In this document: positions 46,642 through 56,285 of the stretch, one piece after another | How the letters are laid out: each line of letters starts with the position of its first letter | Position numbering within the stretch: position 1 is the first letter of the stretch | DNA from: Thermoproteota archaeon | GTDB taxonomy: Archaea; Korarchaeota; Korarchaeia; Korarchaeales; Korarchaeaceae | Reading direction: 5' to 3' | Length of the DNA stretch: 64,000 nt | Assembly (NCBI GenBank): GCA_027492205.1 | Contig: JAOZFN010000007.1 | Location: forward strand, 123,278 to 187,277 | Notes under the pieces: model-generated | The model's database searches: none | What the model was told of the DNA's origin: nothing | The model's input: the letters and a program-made list of their open reading frames with translations, nothing else | Program-made: the position numbers and the translations under genes

Positions 46642-47679
46642 TCAGGACTCCAGCAGCTCCGAAATTCGCCTAAGGAGGGTCTCTAGTTGCTGGGCCCTCA
46701 CGGCGGCCTCTACAAATCCTCCAGATCCGAAGTAGCTCCCCTCCAGGTCCAACATCGAGAGGTGAACTAAGGAGGGCAGGTCCTTGCGCTGGGCGCGGGA
46801 TCTCAGGGAAACGACGGCCATGACGTCGTCCGAGTACACTGCTCCAGCCACATCTCTGCCCGATGAGAGACTATCTGCGGCGGCGTGCCGTATCCTCGGA
46901 TCTTCTACCGGAATTACGAGAAGGCTCTGAGAACTAATCAGCGGCTTCGCTTGAACTAGATCGCCCAAAATCGCCTTCCCTCGATCTGCCAGACCAAGTA
47001 GGGCCTTAGACAACGGGTATCTGCCCCCTAGGAGGCAGGTGGGATCCTCAAAGCATTCCTCCAGGGCTGCAACCCCGAGCACCACCCCCGACTCGGGATC
47101 CCCGGCCACCGCCTCCAGCAGAGTTTCATACACCCGGGAAACGACACCCTCGCCCTCTCTCGACGTCTCAGCGTGGGGGCTGATCTCACATCTCGCGCCA
47201 GGTTCCAGGCAGCCTATTCTGCCCACCCACAGGTCGGGCGGCAAATCGGGGCAGAGGTACTGAGCCACGGTCATCGCCACCCGCGACGCGGGCAGCGGAG
47301 GAAGTCCCGACCCCAAGGGATTCAGCCTGAGAACTCTAGCCGGGATTCGGGGTCGATCAATCTCGTAGTGATCTATCACGAGAACCTGACCCCACAGCTG
47401 CTCGGCAACCTCGATTGGACCGGGCCCGGCGGGAATAAGATCGACGAGGACGAGTGCAGAATCCTCTGCGAAGGCCTCCTCGACGACTGAGAGCAGCTCT
47501 TCTGGAAGCGCCGGTCTCAAGGAGACTCCGACTCCCTGCTCCGAGATGGCCCTTCGAAGCAGAGCCGTTGCCGCCATCGAATCGGGCCAGGGGCCGTGGA
47601 CTAGGAAGGCGCTGTCGACCTCGTCCAGCACCTCTGCAAACATCCTGGCCCAGGAGGCGATGGGACTACTACTCGCCAA
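46642..47679 (-). CDS. Degenerate DHH/RecJ-like protein
   Basis: Motif order preserved but altered: VHGPWPDS, VLVDL, VIDHY, LNP, VSLRS, GSYFGS. Confidence 0.6.
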   Translation of the reverse strand: MASSSPIASWARMFAEVLDEVDSAFLVHGPWPDSMAATALLRRAISEQGVGVSLRPALPEELLSVVEEAFAEDSALVLVDLIPAGPGPIEVAEQLWGQVLVIDHYEIDRPRIPARVLRLNPLGSGLPPLPASRVAMTVAQYLCPDLPPDLWVGRIGCLEPGARCEISPHAETSREGEGVVSRVYETLLEAVAGDPESGVVLGVAALEECFEDPTCLLGGRYPLSKALLGLADRGKAILGDLVQAKPLISSQSLLVIPVEDPRIRHAAADSLSSGRDVAGAVYSDDVMAVVSLRSRAQRKDLPSLVHLSMLDLEGSYFGSGGFVEAAVRAQQLETLLRRISELLES

Positions 47680-50164
47680 CCCTCTCCCACCTCAAGGCGG
47701 CCCAGAGCAGGAGGACCGAGGAGGTGAGCAGTGTGATCGTCAGAGGGACTATCGGATCTAGCTCTCTGCGGGGGGCCGCCTCCAGCTGGCTCAACTCATC
47801 CTCGACCTCCGAGAGGGTGTTGGCAGCGGATTGATAGTCTCCCGCCTCGATCTGGCTCTCTGCGCGGTTCAGCGCGTCCTCCAACTCGCCTAACCCGGCC
47901 GGTGAGGTGGCCCAGGGCAGGAGTGACCGCTCGCGAAGGGTTCTAACTCTCCTCCTGAGTTCCGTGAGCAGGCCTATGAGCTCCTCCCGGGTCACGCCGG
48001 CCCTCTCGACGATCCTTATCCTGAGGGGGTCTCCCGCGATTATCGTGTTGTTCACGGTGACCACCACGGGCAGCAGGTATGATCCGGGTTCGCCACCGGC
48101 CCTCAGGGTGATCCAGACCGTTCCAGGAACGGGAAACTCGAGGGTAAGGTTGTCTCGAAGGGTTCCGTTCGATGCGACCACCGTGAATCCATCGGGGAAC
48201 CTCGCGACGGCCACACCTGCCGGGCCGCCCACCCGAAGGGACACGTTCACCAAGCTACCTGTGAAAGCCCTCAATGGACCCATGGCGGCGTAAGAGTGAG
48301 GAATCGCTCCCACGGTGACGTTCACCGTCCTTCTCTCTATGACCCTCCCCCAGGGAAACGTGCCCTCTACAGCTATGTGAACAGGAAACCTGCCCGGCCT
48401 GTCCGACGTCATTTGAAGGCCAACGTTGAGGGTCTCGTTGGGTGATACCCTATCTACGTGGTGCGTCAACGAGCCGGAGACCGAGAAGTTCCTTGGAACT
48501 GTGACGTTTAGATCCACGTTTTTGGCCGGGGCACCGAATCTAATCGTGAGAGTCAGGTTAAACGGTATCAGGGGTAGAGCCTCCTCTGGGAGGTCCACCC
48601 GTAGGGTCAGAGGGGTTTTCAGGATGTGGACCTCAATCGGACCCACAGTCGGTTCAAGGATGAGACCAAACGCCTCATCGCACACTCTGGAACTCGCCAC
48701 AACTCTGTATAGGCCTGGGGACAGATTCAGCTCGACTTGCGTTATCCCCGCAGAATCCGGACCGAGCACCGAGAAGGACGGGGGGAATGTGAGGTTGGCC
48801 CCATCCACCGTGACAAGGGTGGAGTTAACTGTCATATTCCTGTCGCCCCTGTTAAGGAGTTCGAAGATCAACCTGACCGCGTCCCCTGCTCGGGCGTAGA
48901 CATCAGACCCGTTGAGGCAGATCAGCTGCACAGAAGGCAGGATGCCTATCCCTCTCTCAATCGAGAGGACCGTGGTATCGTTTAGAGATATGTGGGCGCC
49001 TATGGACCCGGAGGCGCCGTGGTCAAGGTGGGGCAGGGCTATGCTGATTGGCAGCTCTCCTGGCCCAGCGTCTGGGAGTGCCAGAGACGCCGACAGAGGT
49101 GGATCCGTGAGGTACATGGTAACGTTTAGGCCACCGTGTCCCGACAATTGGAGTGTTGCTTTGATTTCTGAGCCAGCGACGGCTGGAGCTTCTGGGAGTT
49201 GGAGGCTCGCGGCCCTCTCGCTTGGAAGGGTCAGCCTCAGTCTGTAGGCCACCCTTCCGTCGACCACGACCTTGTACGTTTTCACGCTAGCGTTTGCGGG
49301 GACGGAGATTAGGGCTGCCCACTTCCTTTGAAGTTCGGGCGACAGTATCCTGACTACCTCCTCTGATGGCAACCTCACTGCGATGAACTCGAAGCTCGGG
49401 TTGAAGGATATCTCACCGGTTACGGGGATCGCTCGGTTTAGCACGTAGGCGCCGGCGGTCCCTGCGATGCCCGTGCATATGAGAACGTAAGATCCTTCGT
49501 CGGAAGCGTACCAAACCTCGGCTCCAGCCCTAGAGATGGAAAGAACACTGTAGCGCCCGAGGGCTCCACTCCTCAGTCTGTACAGATAACCCCTGTTCAC
49601 GTCCAAGAACAACCAGGCACCCGTCTCATTATCGAGGGCGCCGTGGAGGATTACCTCATCGTTCCCTTCTGCCAAGACCAGCGTACCATTAGCTTCTGTG
49701 AATGTGAAGTTCTCCACCCTGGATTCGAATTTTGCCACCATGGGGTCCTCCGCTAAAATACCGGGCGGGATCACTAGCAGGTCTCCCACTCGGAGAGACC
49801 CGTTAAGCTCGTATTTCTCTCCATACATCACTTTCGGTTGTTCAAAGGCCATGAGAACCGCCCAAAGACCCCTAGAGATCTCGACCGGTCTCCATGCCTC
49901 TGTGATCTCTCCGCGCTCCCTTAACTCAATGTGATACATCTCCGAGACCTCAACCTTGGCCCCAGGGACGTCCGTCTCAGCCGATCTGGCCGGACCGGAG
50001 AGCGGGATCATGACGAGAGAGCCAGGAAATGCCACCAAGTCGGCTGACTCAGGCTGGCTTTGGGCAAGAGTCGGTGCGGGAGAGAGGAGGATCGCGAGAA
50101 CAGTCAGAAGTGCTGTGAACGCAAATCTCCTTGTGGACCCCACGGCGCACCACCGGCGCCACAC
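47669..50164 (-). CDS. Secreted, C-terminally membrane-anchored surface protein with Ig/CARDB-like domains
   Basis: N-terminal signal peptide (RRFAFTALL..TLA/QS), beta-rich repeats (LLNRGD), many N-x-S/T sequons, C-terminal TM helix. Confidence 0.75.
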   Translation of the reverse strand: MWRRWCAVGSTRRFAFTALLTVLAILLSPAPTLAQSQPESADLVAFPGSLVMIPLSGPARSAETDVPGAKVEVSEMYHIELRERGEITEAWRPVEISRGLWAVLMAFEQPKVMYGEKYELNGSLRVGDLLVIPPGILAEDPMVAKFESRVENFTFTEANGTLVLAEGNDEVILHGALDNETGAWLFLDVNRGYLYRLRSGALGRYSVLSISRAGAEVWYASDEGSYVLICTGIAGTAGAYVLNRAIPVTGEISFNPSFEFIAVRLPSEEVVRILSPELQRKWAALISVPANASVKTYKVVVDGRVAYRLRLTLPSERAASLQLPEAPAVAGSEIKATLQLSGHGGLNVTMYLTDPPLSASLALPDAGPGELPISIALPHLDHGASGSIGAHISLNDTTVLSIERGIGILPSVQLICLNGSDVYARAGDAVRLIFELLNRGDRNMTVNSTLVTVDGANLTFPPSFSVLGPDSAGITQVELNLSPGLYRVVASSRVCDEAFGLILEPTVGPIEVHILKTPLTLRVDLPEEALPLIPFNLTLTIRFGAPAKNVDLNVTVPRNFSVSGSLTHHVDRVSPNETLNVGLQMTSDRPGRFPVHIAVEGTFPWGRVIERRTVNVTVGAIPHSYAAMGPLRAFTGSLVNVSLRVGGPAGVAVARFPDGFTVVASNGTLRDNLTLEFPVPGTVWITLRAGGEPGSYLLPVVVTVNNTIIAGDPLRIRIVERAGVTREELIGLLTELRRRVRTLRERSLLPWATSPAGLGELEDALNRAESQIEAGDYQSAANTLSEVEDELSQLEAAPRRELDPIVPLTITLLTSSVLLLWAALRWERVGE

Positions 50165-50202
50165 AGAAATTTAAAGCGAGGGAGTAGGCGCCTTAGGTTT
50201 CC

Positions 50203-51762
50203 ATGGTTTCGCTGAAGGTTAGAAGACTTCCGGTAGAGATTGGGGAACTCCGAGTCGTTCTAAATAGGGCTGACGCCGAGAAGGTGGGAATCTCTCCCCA
50301 CGACAGAGTTAGAATTGTGAAGGCAGATGGGAGCCAGGTGGTCGCGCTGGCCAGCGTGTCCTCATCAGAGGACGTGTCTCCGCCCGGCCAGGTTGGCGTG
50401 TTTGCCGACGTCGTGAAGAAGCTCCCCCTCAACGAGGGGGAAGTCGTCTCAGTTGAAGTCGTTCCTACCCCCCAATCGGCCGGGCTCGTCAGGAAGAAGG
50501 TCTTAGAAGGGAAACTCACACCGCAAGAGGTTTCTCTACTCATCAAGGACGTCTATGAGGGGGTCCTGAGCGACGTCGAGCTGGCGGCGTTCGTGACCGC
50601 CCTGCAGCTTCACGGGGCTGACATGGACGAAGTTGAGGCCCTGACGCGCTCCATGGCCGAGGTCGGGACCATGCTGGACTTCGGTGACACCCTTACCGTG
50701 GACAAGCACAGCGTGGGCGGCGTCCCAGGTAACAGCAAGGATGCGCTGCTGATAGTCCCGATAGTCGCAGCAGCAGGTCTGGTGATACCTAAGACGAGCA
50801 CCAGGGCCATCATGAGCCCCGCCGGTACGGTCGACACGATGGAGGTCCTGGCGCCGGTGGACCTGAAGCCCGAGGAGATCGTTGAACTCTCCAAGAAGGT
50901 CGGAGGGGTAATCGCCTGGGCGGCCAGCGCCAACCTGTCGCCGGTAGACGGGATACTCATCGAGAAGGTGGAGTACCCCCTCTCGCTGGACCCAGAGAGC
51001 CTCATCTACGCCTCTATAATGTCGAAGAAGCTCGCGGCCGGCGTCAAGAGGATGGTCTTAGACATCCCAGTGGGTCCAGAGGCCAAGGTGGAATCCCTCA
51101 AGGACGCAAGGAGGATGGGGAGGAACTTCGTCGAGCTGGGGGAGAGGCTCAACATACTGACGCAGGTGGCGATATCCTACGGCGGTCAGCCCATCGGGAG
51201 GTACGTTGGGCCTGCCCTAGAGGCCAAGGAGGCTCTGGAGATCCTGATGAGTAAGGGGAAGGGATCTAGGAGCATAATTGAGAAGTCCCTCACGCTCGCC
51301 GGCATACTCCTGGAGATGGGAGGGGCCGCCCCTATGGGCTACGGGGAGAGAATGGCGAGAGAGATCTTGGAGAGTGGCAGGGCCTACGAGAAGATGAGGG
51401 AAATAATTGAAGCTCAGGGCGGAGACCCCGACGTGAAACCCGAGGACCTCCCGATAGGTGAGCACAAGGCCGTCCTGACGGCCAAGATGAGTGGGTACGT
51501 CGTTGCGGTATCTAACAGGGCCATCGTGAGGATCGCCCGCGCGGCAGGAGCCCCCCGAGACAAGGGCGCGGGAGTCAGGATCTACGCCAAGAGGGGCGAC
51601 AGGGTAGAGGCCGGAGAGGCTGTTATTGAGATCTTCGCGGAGAGCGAAAGCAAGCTACAGGCCGCCGTCGAGGTCGCCAAGAGCATGGAGCCCATCAGGG
51701 TGGAGGGGATGGTCCTAGAGGTGTTCAGGGACAGGACGATAGGGAAAGAAATAGTTGAGTGA
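50203..51762 (+). CDS. AMP phosphorylase (thymidine phosphorylase family)
   Basis: N-terminal extension domain, DKHSVGGVPGN, PKTSTRAI.SPAGT.DTMEVLA, SIMSKK, AGAPRDKGAG. Confidence 0.92.
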   Translation: MVSLKVRRLPVEIGELRVVLNRADAEKVGISPHDRVRIVKADGSQVVALASVSSSEDVSPPGQVGVFADVVKKLPLNEGEVVSVEVVPTPQSAGLVRKKVLEGKLTPQEVSLLIKDVYEGVLSDVELAAFVTALQLHGADMDEVEALTRSMAEVGTMLDFGDTLTVDKHSVGGVPGNSKDALLIVPIVAAAGLVIPKTSTRAIMSPAGTVDTMEVLAPVDLKPEEIVELSKKVGGVIAWAASANLSPVDGILIEKVEYPLSLDPESLIYASIMSKKLAAGVKRMVLDIPVGPEAKVESLKDARRMGRNFVELGERLNILTQVAISYGGQPIGRYVGPALEAKEALEILMSKGKGSRSIIEKSLTLAGILLEMGGAAPMGYGERMAREILESGRAYEKMREIIEAQGGDPDVKPEDLPIGEHKAVLTAKMSGYVVAVSNRAIVRIARAAGAPRDKGAGVRIYAKRGDRVEAGEAVIEIFAESESKLQAAVEVAKSMEPIRVEGMVLEVFRDRTIGKEIVE

Positions 51763-51789
51763 GGGAGTAGCTGGCCGCCCGGACCCGGC

Positions 51790-53052
51790 TCACGGCAGGA
51801 CCCTATCGGGGTCCCTGGGGAACAGCGAGGCCTCTCTGATGTTCTTGAGTTCCAGCATCTGCTTCACGAGCCGCTCTATCCCTATCGCGAATCCGCCGTG
51901 GGGCGGGGCTCCGTAGCGGAAGAACTTGGTGAACCACTCCATCGACTCCTCCCTCATGCCCTTCTCCCTGATCTGCTCGAGGAGGACCTCGTATCTGTGC
52001 TCCCTCTGACCCCCGGAGCTGAGCTCGAGGCCTTTGTAGAGGAGGTCGACGCTTCTCGCCCACGGGGGCTCCGCCTTCATGACGTAGAACGGCTTGGCCT
52101 CGAACGGGAACCTGTTCACGAAGAAGAAGTCGCTGCCGTACTTCTCCCTCACGTACCTCCACAGCAGGCCCTCTGACTCGGTGTCGTAGTCGCTCCCGTA
52201 GGATATCTCCTTCCCGAACTCGGCCAGTATGTCGTAGATCTGTGGGAACCTGAGCTCGGGAAACGGGGTCTTCGGGACCTCCAGCTCCACCCCCAGCAGC
52301 TCGAGTTCCCTCGACCTCTCCTCCAAGACCCTCTTTATCCCCGAGACGACCACCTGCTCCTCGACCCTCATCACGTCCGTCTCGTCTGAGATGAAGGCCA
52401 TCTCCACGGCCAGAGATCTGAACTCCGTTATGTGACGCGTCGTGTGGCTCGGCTCGGCCCTCCAGTTTGGTCCGAGGTCGTATATCCTCTCAAATCCCCC
52501 GAGTATGGTCAGCTGCCTGTGAAGCTGAGGATCCTGCCTCAGAAAGGCCTCCCTCCCGAAGTAGTCGACCCTGAACACCTCGGCGCCGCTCTCGCTCGCG
52601 GCCCCTATGAGGGCGGGGGTGAAGACCATCAGGAAGCCGTGCTCGTCGAGCCAGTCGGTCATTCCCCTGACAAGGGACGCCGTGATCTTGAATATCGCCT
52701 GGACCTCTGGCCTCCTGAGGTCTAGTGGCCTGTTGTCAAGCCTCGTCGGAAGCAGGGCTGGGACCTTCCAGTTCGGGTCCAGCGGGAGCTTGGGCTCAGC
52801 CCTGCTCAACACCTCTATCCTCTCGGGGATAATCTCCAGGTCCACGGCCCTCGCCTTCTTCTCCGGCGCCGGCTCCCCGTACGCGACCAGGACGGTCTCC
52901 TGAGTCAGGTTGTCGGTCACGTCAAAAAGCTCGTCTGGAGTGACTCCCCTCTTCAGGGTCAGCTGGATCTTCTTTTCCCACGTCCTGAGAACTATGAACC
53001 TGAGGTGCCTGCCGACATCCCTTACCTCGCTAACCCATCCGCCCACCTTCAA
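51790..53052 (-). CDS. aspS: Aspartyl-tRNA synthetase (archaeal type)
   Basis: GWV..VRD anticodon domain, RLDNRPLDLR, WRAE, ELSSGGQR, YGAPPHGGFAIGIERL, FPRDP. Confidence 0.88.
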   Translation of the reverse strand: MKVGGWVSEVRDVGRHLRFIVLRTWEKKIQLTLKRGVTPDELFDVTDNLTQETVLVAYGEPAPEKKARAVDLEIIPERIEVLSRAEPKLPLDPNWKVPALLPTRLDNRPLDLRRPEVQAIFKITASLVRGMTDWLDEHGFLMVFTPALIGAASESGAEVFRVDYFGREAFLRQDPQLHRQLTILGGFERIYDLGPNWRAEPSHTTRHITEFRSLAVEMAFISDETDVMRVEEQVVVSGIKRVLEERSRELELLGVELEVPKTPFPELRFPQIYDILAEFGKEISYGSDYDTESEGLLWRYVREKYGSDFFFVNRFPFEAKPFYVMKAEPPWARSVDLLYKGLELSSGGQREHRYEVLLEQIREKGMREESMEWFTKFFRYGAPPHGGFAIGIERLVKQMLELKNIREASLFPRDPDRVLP

Positions 53053-56014
53053 CCTTCATCACCCAGATCCCGAGCTTCGCTCCGTCCACGTCCCATATCC
53101 GACCGTAAGCCTCGGCCGGCGCCTCATCCTTGGCGGCCAGTTTAACGAACTCCAGGGCGCCGCTCTCCCTCTTCAGGTTCTCGGCGTACGTCTCTGCGGC
53201 CCTGAGAACGAGGTCGCTGTCGCTCCACAGGAACACCCTGACCACCTCCTTCCCGACCGTGAGCCCCATCTCCTTCCTCGTCTGCTGGACCCTCCTCAGC
53301 ACCTCGCGGTAGATCCACTCGAGCATGTCCTCATCTGTGAGCTTGGCTGGGAGGTACACCTGGCCGCCCTCGAACTCTACCGAGGTCCACTCCCCCTCTG
53401 GAGGCTCTGCGGCGACCCGCACGCCCTTCACGTTGAGTTCCAGTTGGAGGACGTCTGCGAAGTCCCGCGCCGCCCTTTGAACCTCGCCGTCTGTGGTGAC
53501 TATCACGAGCTCCCGCAGGGGAGCTCTCCTCTTCAGCTTGGCGTTAGCCCTCGCCTGCAGGCCGGCCTTGATGATCGCCCTGACGGCCTCCATCTCGGCC
53601 TCCAGTTCGAGATCCCTCCAGTCCGACCTCTCCGGCGGGAACGAGAGCATGTTCACGCTAACCGGCTCGCCTTCCTGCTTCAAGGACTCCTGGTAGATCT
53701 CCTCCGCGATGAACGGCGCGAACAGCCCCAGTATCGGGAGCATGTAGCGGAGCACCGTGAAGAGCACGTTGGCCTTCGCGTGGCCTTCCTCGCCCCCGCT
53801 CCTGAGCGCGGCCCTCACCGCGTGGAGGTACAGGTGGCTGAGGTCCTCCACGTAGAACTCGAGCACCGCGGACGCCGCCTCGTGGGGCGACATGCTGTCC
53901 ATCGCCCGAGAGACGGTGTCCCTGACCGAGGCGGCCCGGGAGAGGATCCACCGGTCGACGGCCGGCAGGTCCGAGAGGTGGGCCTGCACGTATCCCTCGT
54001 CTAGTTCCATGTCTGCCATGTAGGTGGATGCGAACGTGTGGATGTTCCATATCGTGTTGAGAGTCCTTACCATGTTCCTCAGGTCCTTCCACACGAACTT
54101 TATGTCGCTCCACTGGGTTCGCGTCATTACGAACAGTCTGAACGCGTCCCTGCCCACCTCTGCCACTATCTTGTCGGGCGGCTCGAAGTTACCCAGGGAC
54201 TTGTGCATCTCCTGGCCCTTCTCGTCGAGCATGAAGCCGTGCATCAGGACGGACAGGTAGGGCGCCCTGCCGAAGAGGAGCACCCCCAGCCTGAGCAGCG
54301 AGAAGAACCACCCCCTGGTCTGGTCGTGGCCCTCCGTGATGAAGTCGACTGGAAACAGTCTCTCAAACTCCTCCGGGTTCTTTGGGTAACCGAGGCTGGC
54401 GAAGAAGGACACCCCCGAGTCATACCACACGTCCACGATGTCCGGGACCCTCCGCATGGTCCCGCCGCACTTGGGGCAGGAGAAGGTGATCTCGTCCACC
54501 CAGGGCCTGTGCAGCTCCGCAGGCCTCCTCCCAGCTAGCTTCTCCAGCTCGTCAGCCGAGCCGACGACGACGGTGTGCCCGCAGCTCTCACACTGCCAAA
54601 TGGGCAGAGGGGTTCCCCAGAACCTCTGGCGGCTGATGACCCAGTCTCTCAGTTCCTCTAGCCAGTTCCTGAATCTGTCTCTGGCCCAGCTGGGGGACCA
54701 CCTGACCTTTTCCATCTCCTCGATGAGGCGGTCCTTCAGGTCGGACAGGTGGACGAACCACTGCTCCGTTGCCCTGATGATGAGGGGAGTCTTGCACCTC
54801 CAGCACACTGGGTACCTGTGGACGATGTACCCAGCTCCGGCCAGGGCGCCGAGTTCCTCCAAGTCCTCAATTATCCTCGGATTCGCATCCCGAACGGGAA
54901 TGCCCGCATAGGGGCCAGCCTCCTCGGTGAACCTGCCCGAGTCATCCACCGGAGACAGGATCGGGAGCCCCCTGTTCAGGTGGACCTCCTCGTAGTCCTC
55001 CTGGCCGTGGCCGGGGGCGGCGTGGACGCACCCGGTCCCCTCCTCCGTCGAGACGTACTTCGAGCTGAGGATGACCACGTGACCCCTCTCCAGATTCTTC
55101 AGGGCGGGGACCGTCTCCCTGAGGGGGTGATCGTAGGACAGGCCCTCCAGCCTGGAACCTGGAAACCTCTCTATCACCTCATAGTCCTCCCACCCCAGCT
55201 CCGAGGCCACCTCCTGCAGCCTGGCCTCCATGAGTATGAGCACCTCGCCTCCAACCCTGACCCGGACGTAGGTCTCCTCCGGGTGTACCATGACCGCCAC
55301 GTTGGCCGGGAGGGTCCAGGGAGTCGTCGTCCAGATGAGGAGGCTCTCCCCGGGCCTGTCCTTAAGTGGGAACTTCACGAATATCGAGGGGTCTCGGAGG
55401 TCCTTGTACTCGCTCACCTCGTAGTCCGCAAGCACGGTCTCACACCTGGGGCACCAGTGAACCACCTGAACGCCCTTCTTCAGCCTGCCCTCCTCCCAGA
55501 TCCTCTTGATGCCCCACCACGCGCTCTCGATGTAGTAGTCGTCCATGGTGCGGTAGGCGCCCTTCCAGTCCAGCGAGGCCCCGAAGTTCTTGAAGTGGAG
55601 GGTCATCTCCTCGATGTTCCTCTCGGCGAACGACCGGCACCTGTGAACGAAGTTTCCTATACCAAAGCTCTCTACGTCTCTCTTTGTCCTGAATCCGAGT
55701 TCCTGCTCCGTCTTCACCTCGATGGGAAGGCCGTGGCAGTCCCAACCGGCCCGATCGTTGACGTCGTGCCCCCTGGCCCTGGCGTAACGGATGAAGGTGT
55801 CTTTGAGGACCTTGTTCCAGACGGTGCCGGGATGGGGCTCTCCGGAGGACGGGTAGGGTGGGCCATCGAGGAAGTAGAACTTCGGTCCTCCCTTCAGGCG
55901 GCGCCTGAGCTCCTCGTATACGTCTTTCTCATCCCACAACCTCAGAACCCTCTCTTCTACGTCTTTGGGGCTGTAGCTCTTGCTGAGCCTACCTATCCTG
56001 GCCAAATCGGACAC
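53030..56014 (-). CDS. ileS: Isoleucyl-tRNA synthetase
   Basis: DGPPY, HPGT (HIGH variant), GWDCHGLPIE, WTTTPWT, DWVISRQRFWG, DQTRGWF, EMHKS. Confidence 0.96.
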   Translation of the reverse strand: MSDLARIGRLSKSYSPKDVEERVLRLWDEKDVYEELRRRLKGGPKFYFLDGPPYPSSGEPHPGTVWNKVLKDTFIRYARARGHDVNDRAGWDCHGLPIEVKTEQELGFRTKRDVESFGIGNFVHRCRSFAERNIEEMTLHFKNFGASLDWKGAYRTMDDYYIESAWWGIKRIWEEGRLKKGVQVVHWCPRCETVLADYEVSEYKDLRDPSIFVKFPLKDRPGESLLIWTTTPWTLPANVAVMVHPEETYVRVRVGGEVLILMEARLQEVASELGWEDYEVIERFPGSRLEGLSYDHPLRETVPALKNLERGHVVILSSKYVSTEEGTGCVHAAPGHGQEDYEEVHLNRGLPILSPVDDSGRFTEEAGPYAGIPVRDANPRIIEDLEELGALAGAGYIVHRYPVCWRCKTPLIIRATEQWFVHLSDLKDRLIEEMEKVRWSPSWARDRFRNWLEELRDWVISRQRFWGTPLPIWQCESCGHTVVVGSADELEKLAGRRPAELHRPWVDEITFSCPKCGGTMRRVPDIVDVWYDSGVSFFASLGYPKNPEEFERLFPVDFITEGHDQTRGWFFSLLRLGVLLFGRAPYLSVLMHGFMLDEKGQEMHKSLGNFEPPDKIVAEVGRDAFRLFVMTRTQWSDIKFVWKDLRNMVRTLNTIWNIHTFASTYMADMELDEGYVQAHLSDLPAVDRWILSRAASVRDTVSRAMDSMSPHEAASAVLEFYVEDLSHLYLHAVRAALRSGGEEGHAKANVLFTVLRYMLPILGLFAPFIAEEIYQESLKQEGEPVSVNMLSFPPERSDWRDLELEAEMEAVRAIIKAGLQARANAKLKRRAPLRELVIVTTDGEVQRAARDFADVLQLELNVKGVRVAAEPPEGEWTSVEFEGGQVYLPAKLTDEDMLEWIYREVLRRVQQTRKEMGLTVGKEVVRVFLWSDSDLVLRAAETYAENLKRESGALEFVKLAAKDEAPAEAYGRIWDVDGAKLGIWVMKVEGGRMG

Positions 56015-56082
56015 CTCTCAGGGAGACCCGGGCCGGGCGGAAGTGCTCGGAAGATTTAAAATTCAGGAAGGGAGGGGAGGTC

Positions 56083-56210
56083 GGGGCGAGCGGCCATAGT
56101 GGCCGGGGACACACCCGGACTCGTTCCGAACCCGGAAGTTAAGCCCGGCCACGTCCTGCGGAGTACTGGGCTCCGTAAGGGCCCGGGAAACGCAGGAGCT
56201 GCTAAGCCCC
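56083..56210 (+). rRNA. rrf: 5S rRNA (stand-alone)
   Basis: GCGGCCATAG..ACACCCGGACTCGTTCCGAACCCGGAAGTTAAGC core, helix I GGGGC..AGCGGC/GCTGCT..GCCCC, TTTAAA at 56055-56060. Confidence 0.95.
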
Positions 56211-56285
56211 CCTTCTGACAATCACGCCGCCTGACCATACTGACTTTTTACGGAATCCGCCGACCGCCTGCCACGGGTCTATTCC

